A stretch of 64,000 nt of DNA, taken from Chiloscyllium plagiosum. Its lineage: Eukaryota. A model generated the notes under the pieces. It made no database searches and had not been told where the DNA came from. It worked only from the letters and a program-made list of their open reading frames with translations. Positions 60,513-64,000 of the stretch are shown here, piece after piece (within the stretch, counting starts at the first letter, position 1; every line of letters starts with the position of its first letter). A program made the translations under genes and the position numbers. Location of the stretch: assembly GCF_004010195.1 (NCBI RefSeq), contig NC_057719.1, positions 49,591,400-49,655,399 of the forward strand, in the 5' to 3' direction.

Positions 60513-62882
60513 CTTCCTTTTTTTTTCAAAAATATACTTTATTCATAAAAATATTTTGATGATCTGTACAATTGGTCATGCCATACATACATAAACATTC
60601 AATTTCTTTGCATACAGAGATCGAGTAATCATTCATATATGCATACATATATCCATATGTTTAGCTGAGGCGTCATCAGAGCCCACTTACTGCGTGGGCC
60701 GCCTGTTCTTTGGCAGGCAGACATTACACGGTGGTCTTTCACCACCGCACCTTGGCAGCAGCTGCCCCGAGCTTCAGTGCGTCCCTCAACACGTAGTCCT
60801 GGACCTTGGAATGTGCCGGTCCGCAACACTTAGTCGGGGTCAGCTCCTTCAGCTGGAAGATCAACAGGTTCCGGACAGACCAAAGAGTGTCTTTCACCGA
60901 GCTAATGATCCTCCAGGCACAGTTGATGTTCGTCTCGGTGTGCATCCCGGGGAACAGACCGTAGAGCATGGAATCCCGCGTCACGGAACTGCTCGGGACG
61001 AACCTCGACAAATACCACTGCATTTGTCTCCAGACTTCCTTTGCATAGGCACATTCCAGAAGGAGGTGTGTGACAGTCTCGTCCCCCCCGCAGCCGCTTT
61101 GAGGGCAGCGTGCGGTGCGGCAGAGAGTCCGGGCGTGCATAAAGGATCTCACAGGCAGAGCCCTTCTCACCACCAGCCAAGCCATGTCAGGGTGCTTGTT
61201 GGAAGGTTCTGGCGGTGAGACAGTCTGCCAAATGGCTTTGACAGTCTGCTCAGGGAGCCGCAAGATAGGATCCGCCCTCTCCTTTTCCCGAAGGGTCTCA
61301 AGGACACTACATGCTGACCGTTTCGTGATGGACTTGTGGTCAAAGGTGCTTTTCTTCATAAATTTCTCTACGAAGGACAGGTGATACGGAACGGTCCAAA
61401 TACTTGGAGCGTTCCGCAGCAGCGGGGCCAGGCCCATCCATCGCAACTCCGGGGACAGGTAGAACCTCAGTACGTAGGATCCACACACAGCTTGATGCAG
61501 CCACACACAAAGGTGGCCATCAGGGTGAGGGTGGCAATGGGTGTGTTTTTTCCCCCGTTGCTCAGAGCTTTGTACATCAAGTCCCTTCGAACCCTGGCCA
61601 TCTTTGATCTTCATATAAAATGGAAGATAGCCTGGGTGACTGCGACCGCACAGGTCCTGGGAATAGGCCAGACCTGTGCCACATATAAAACAGTGACAGT
61701 GCCTCACACCTGATGACCAGGTTTTTACCCGCGATGGAGAGCAACCGTAGCTTCCATCTGCCCAGTTCTGCCTCACTTTCTTGAATGCTCCTCCCAAGAC
61801 TTGGCACACGCCCCAGCCTCTCCCAGGTGGTAAGTCCTGATGGTGAAGGGGATGAAGGATTGGTCGGCTCAGTTCCCGAAGAGCACGGCCTCAATCTTGC
61901 TTCGGTTTACCTTGGCCCCCAAGGCCCATTCGAACTGGTCACATATACACATCAGTTTGTGCACGGACAGCGGATCCAAGCAGAAACGGCGACATCATCC
62001 ATGTACAGGGAGGCCTTAACCTGCAGGCCCTCGCTGCCAGGAATAGTCACCCCTCTCAGGCTCACATCCTTCCTGATGTACTCAGCAAATGGCTCTGTGC
62101 CGCACACAAACAAGGCAGGAGAGAGAGGGCAGCCCTGCCTGATTCCAGATCTGACTGGGAAGCTGTCTGTTTCCCACCCATTGATTGAGACTGCACTGAC
62201 AATGTTGGTGTAGAGCAGTCTGATCCAATTGCAGATTCCCTCCCCAAAGCCCATTTTGGAGAGAACTTCTCTCATATACCTGTGTGATATCCTGTCAAAG
62301 GCTTTCTCCTGGTCCAGGCTGATCAGGCAGGTGTCCAGACCCTTGTCCTGTACGTAGGCGATCGTATCCTTGAGGAGTGCAAGACTCTCAGCGATCTTCC
62401 TGCCCGGTACAGCACAGGTTTGGTCAGGGTGAATCACCGACCCCAGAGCAGACCTGACCCGGTTGGCTATGACCTTTGCCAAGATTTTGTAATCTGCATT
62501 TAATAATGAGATTGGTCTCCAGTTTCTGATTTCCTCCCTCTCCCCCTTCCGCTTGTAGATGAGGGTGATGATGCCTTTCCTCGTGGATTCACTCATGGTA
62601 CCTGCCCGAAGCATACTGACATACACCTCCAGTAGGTCCTGGCCAATCAAGTCCCACAGAGCAGAATAGAGCTCGACTGGTAAGCCCTCGCTCCCGGGAG
62701 TTTTATTCTTTTCGAAGGACTCGAGGGCCTTGGTCAGCTCGTTTAGAGATAGCGGCTGGTCCAGTCTCTCCCGTGTTCTGTCATCTAAGACCTCTGTGAT
62801 TGAGGACAGGAATGACTGTCGGTCGGCTTCGAGTCATACAGACTGGCATAGAAGGATTTGCCGATCCTCATAACGTCAGTCC
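60513..62882 (-). mobile_element. Tx1/L1-clade LINE, 5'-truncated ORF2 (RT + C-terminal Cys/His domain)
   Basis: NWRPISLLNADYKILAKVIANR, SLDQEKAFDRISH, GIRQGCPLSPALF, YMDDV, CPQSGCGGDETVTHLLLEC; AATAAA and A-tail; 16-bp TSD gagtctgggtgggcca (60497-60512, 62883-62898). Confidence 0.95.
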
Positions 62883-62898
62883 GAGTCTGGGTGGGCCA

Positions 62899-64000
62899 GA
62901 GTGGTGAATCTGGATCAGTGGTGTTGGAAGAGCACAGCAATTCAGGCAGCATCCGAGGACAGGCAAAATCGATGTTTCGGGCAAAAGCCCTTCATCAGGA
63001 ATAAAGGCAGAGAGCCTGAAGCGTGGAGAGATAAGCTAGAGGNNNNNNNNNNNNNNNNNNNNNNNNNNNNNNNNNNNNNNNNNNNNNNNNNNNNNNNNNN
63101 NNNNNNNNNNNNNNNNNNNNNNNNNNNNNNNNNNNNNNNNNNNNNNNNNNNNNNNNNNNNNNNNNNNNNNNNNNNNNNNNNNNNNNNNNNNNNNNNNNNN
63201 NNNNNNNNNNNNNNNNNNNNNNNNNNNNNNNNNNNNNNNNNNNNNNNNNNNNNNNNNNNNNNNNNNNNNNNNNNNNNNNNNNNNNNNNNNNNNNNNNNNN
63301 NNNNNNNNNNNNNNNNNNNNNNNNNNNNNNNNNNNNNNNNNNNNNNNNNNNNNNNNNNNNNNNNNNNNNNNNNNNNNNNNNNNNNNNNNNNNNNNNNNNN
63401 NNNNNNNNNNNNNNNNNNNNNNNNNNNNNNNNNNNNNNNNNNNNNNNNNNNNNNNNNNNNNNNNNNNNNNNNNNNNNNNNNNNNNNNNNNNNNNNNNNNN
63501 NNNNNNNNNNNNNNNNNNNNNNNNNNNNNNNNNNNNNNNNNNNNNNNNNNNNNNNNNNNNNNNNNNNNNNNNNNNNNNNNNNNNNNNNNNNNNNNNNNNN
63601 NNNNNNNNNNNNNNNNNNNNNNNNNNNNNNNNNNNNNNNNNNNNNNNNNNNNNNNNNNNNNNNNNNNNNNNNNNNNNNNNNNNNNNNNNNNNNNNNNNNN
63701 NNNNNNNNNNNNNNNNNNNNNNNNNNNNNNNNNNNNNNNNNNNNNNNNNNNNNNNNNNNNNNNNNNNNNNNNNNNNNNNNNNNNNNNNNNNNNNNNNNNN
63801 NNNNNNNNNNNNNNNNNNNNNNNNNNNNNNNNNNNNNNNNNNNNNNNNNNNNNNNNNNNNNNNNNNNNNNNNNNNNNNNNNNNNNNNNNNNNNNNNNNNN
63901 NNNNNNNNNNNACTCTCTCCCCACCCCTACCCTCCTCTAGCTTATCTCTCAACCCTTCAGGCTCTCTGCCTTTATTCCTGATGAAGGGCTTTTGCCCGAA
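62899..64000. mobile_element. Penelope-type pLTRs in inverted orientation flanking a gap, both with hammerhead cores
   Basis: 62976-63042 is the reverse complement of ~63934-64000; CTGATGA-A-GGGC-TTTT-GCCC-GAA at 63978-64000 (+) and 62970-62998 (-). Confidence 0.75.
63043..63911. other. Assembly gap (N run)
   Basis: Ns in sequence. Confidence 1.

Noticed and set aside
60694..62213. Several plus-strand ORFs up to 174 aa
   Set aside because: Antisense shadows of the GC-rich Tx1 ORF2.
62942..63952. ORFs of 309-336 aa
   Set aside because: Made almost entirely of Ns.
1..64000. CRISPR arrays, operons or prokaryotic defence systems
   Set aside because: Sequence is vertebrate with spliceosomal introns; there is no regularly spaced repeat-spacer array, and all RT ORFs belong to eukaryotic retroelements.

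Overview
This is eukaryotic genomic DNA, most likely a shark. That assignment is inferred from HE1/V-SINE, HER1-type CR1 and SacSINE1/Deu-type repeats. The window is dominated by transposable elements and has two assembly gaps (2482-3287, 63043-63911). One host gene can be rebuilt by hand: five in-phase GT-AG coding exons on the minus strand (59555-59637, 43333-43410, 31728-31823, 23757-23937, 14974-15221) encode the C-terminal part of CCDC198 (C14orf105/FAME). Its first exons lie to the right of the window or in the gap. Introns and the 3' flank hold many CR1 LINEs and V-SINEs, a Tx1/L1-type LINE with a 16-bp target-site duplication (TSD), and a Penelope element with inverted pseudo-LTRs and a 12-bp TSD. 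There are about ten short Penelope-derived inserts carrying minimal hammerhead-ribozyme cores, including a tandem two-ribozyme 'retrozyme-like' unit and a fold-back palindrome. Also present are a decayed class III (ERV-L/S-like) retroviral pro-pol, a Gypsy LTR-gag remnant, solo LTRs, and PIF/Harbinger nuclease and Myb/SANT remnants. Three copies of a tRNA/Deu-SINE-type head run directly into a LINE endonuclease ORF. All family assignments come from motif recognition and remembered consensus sequences, not database searches, and TE boundaries are approximate unless a TSD is quoted.
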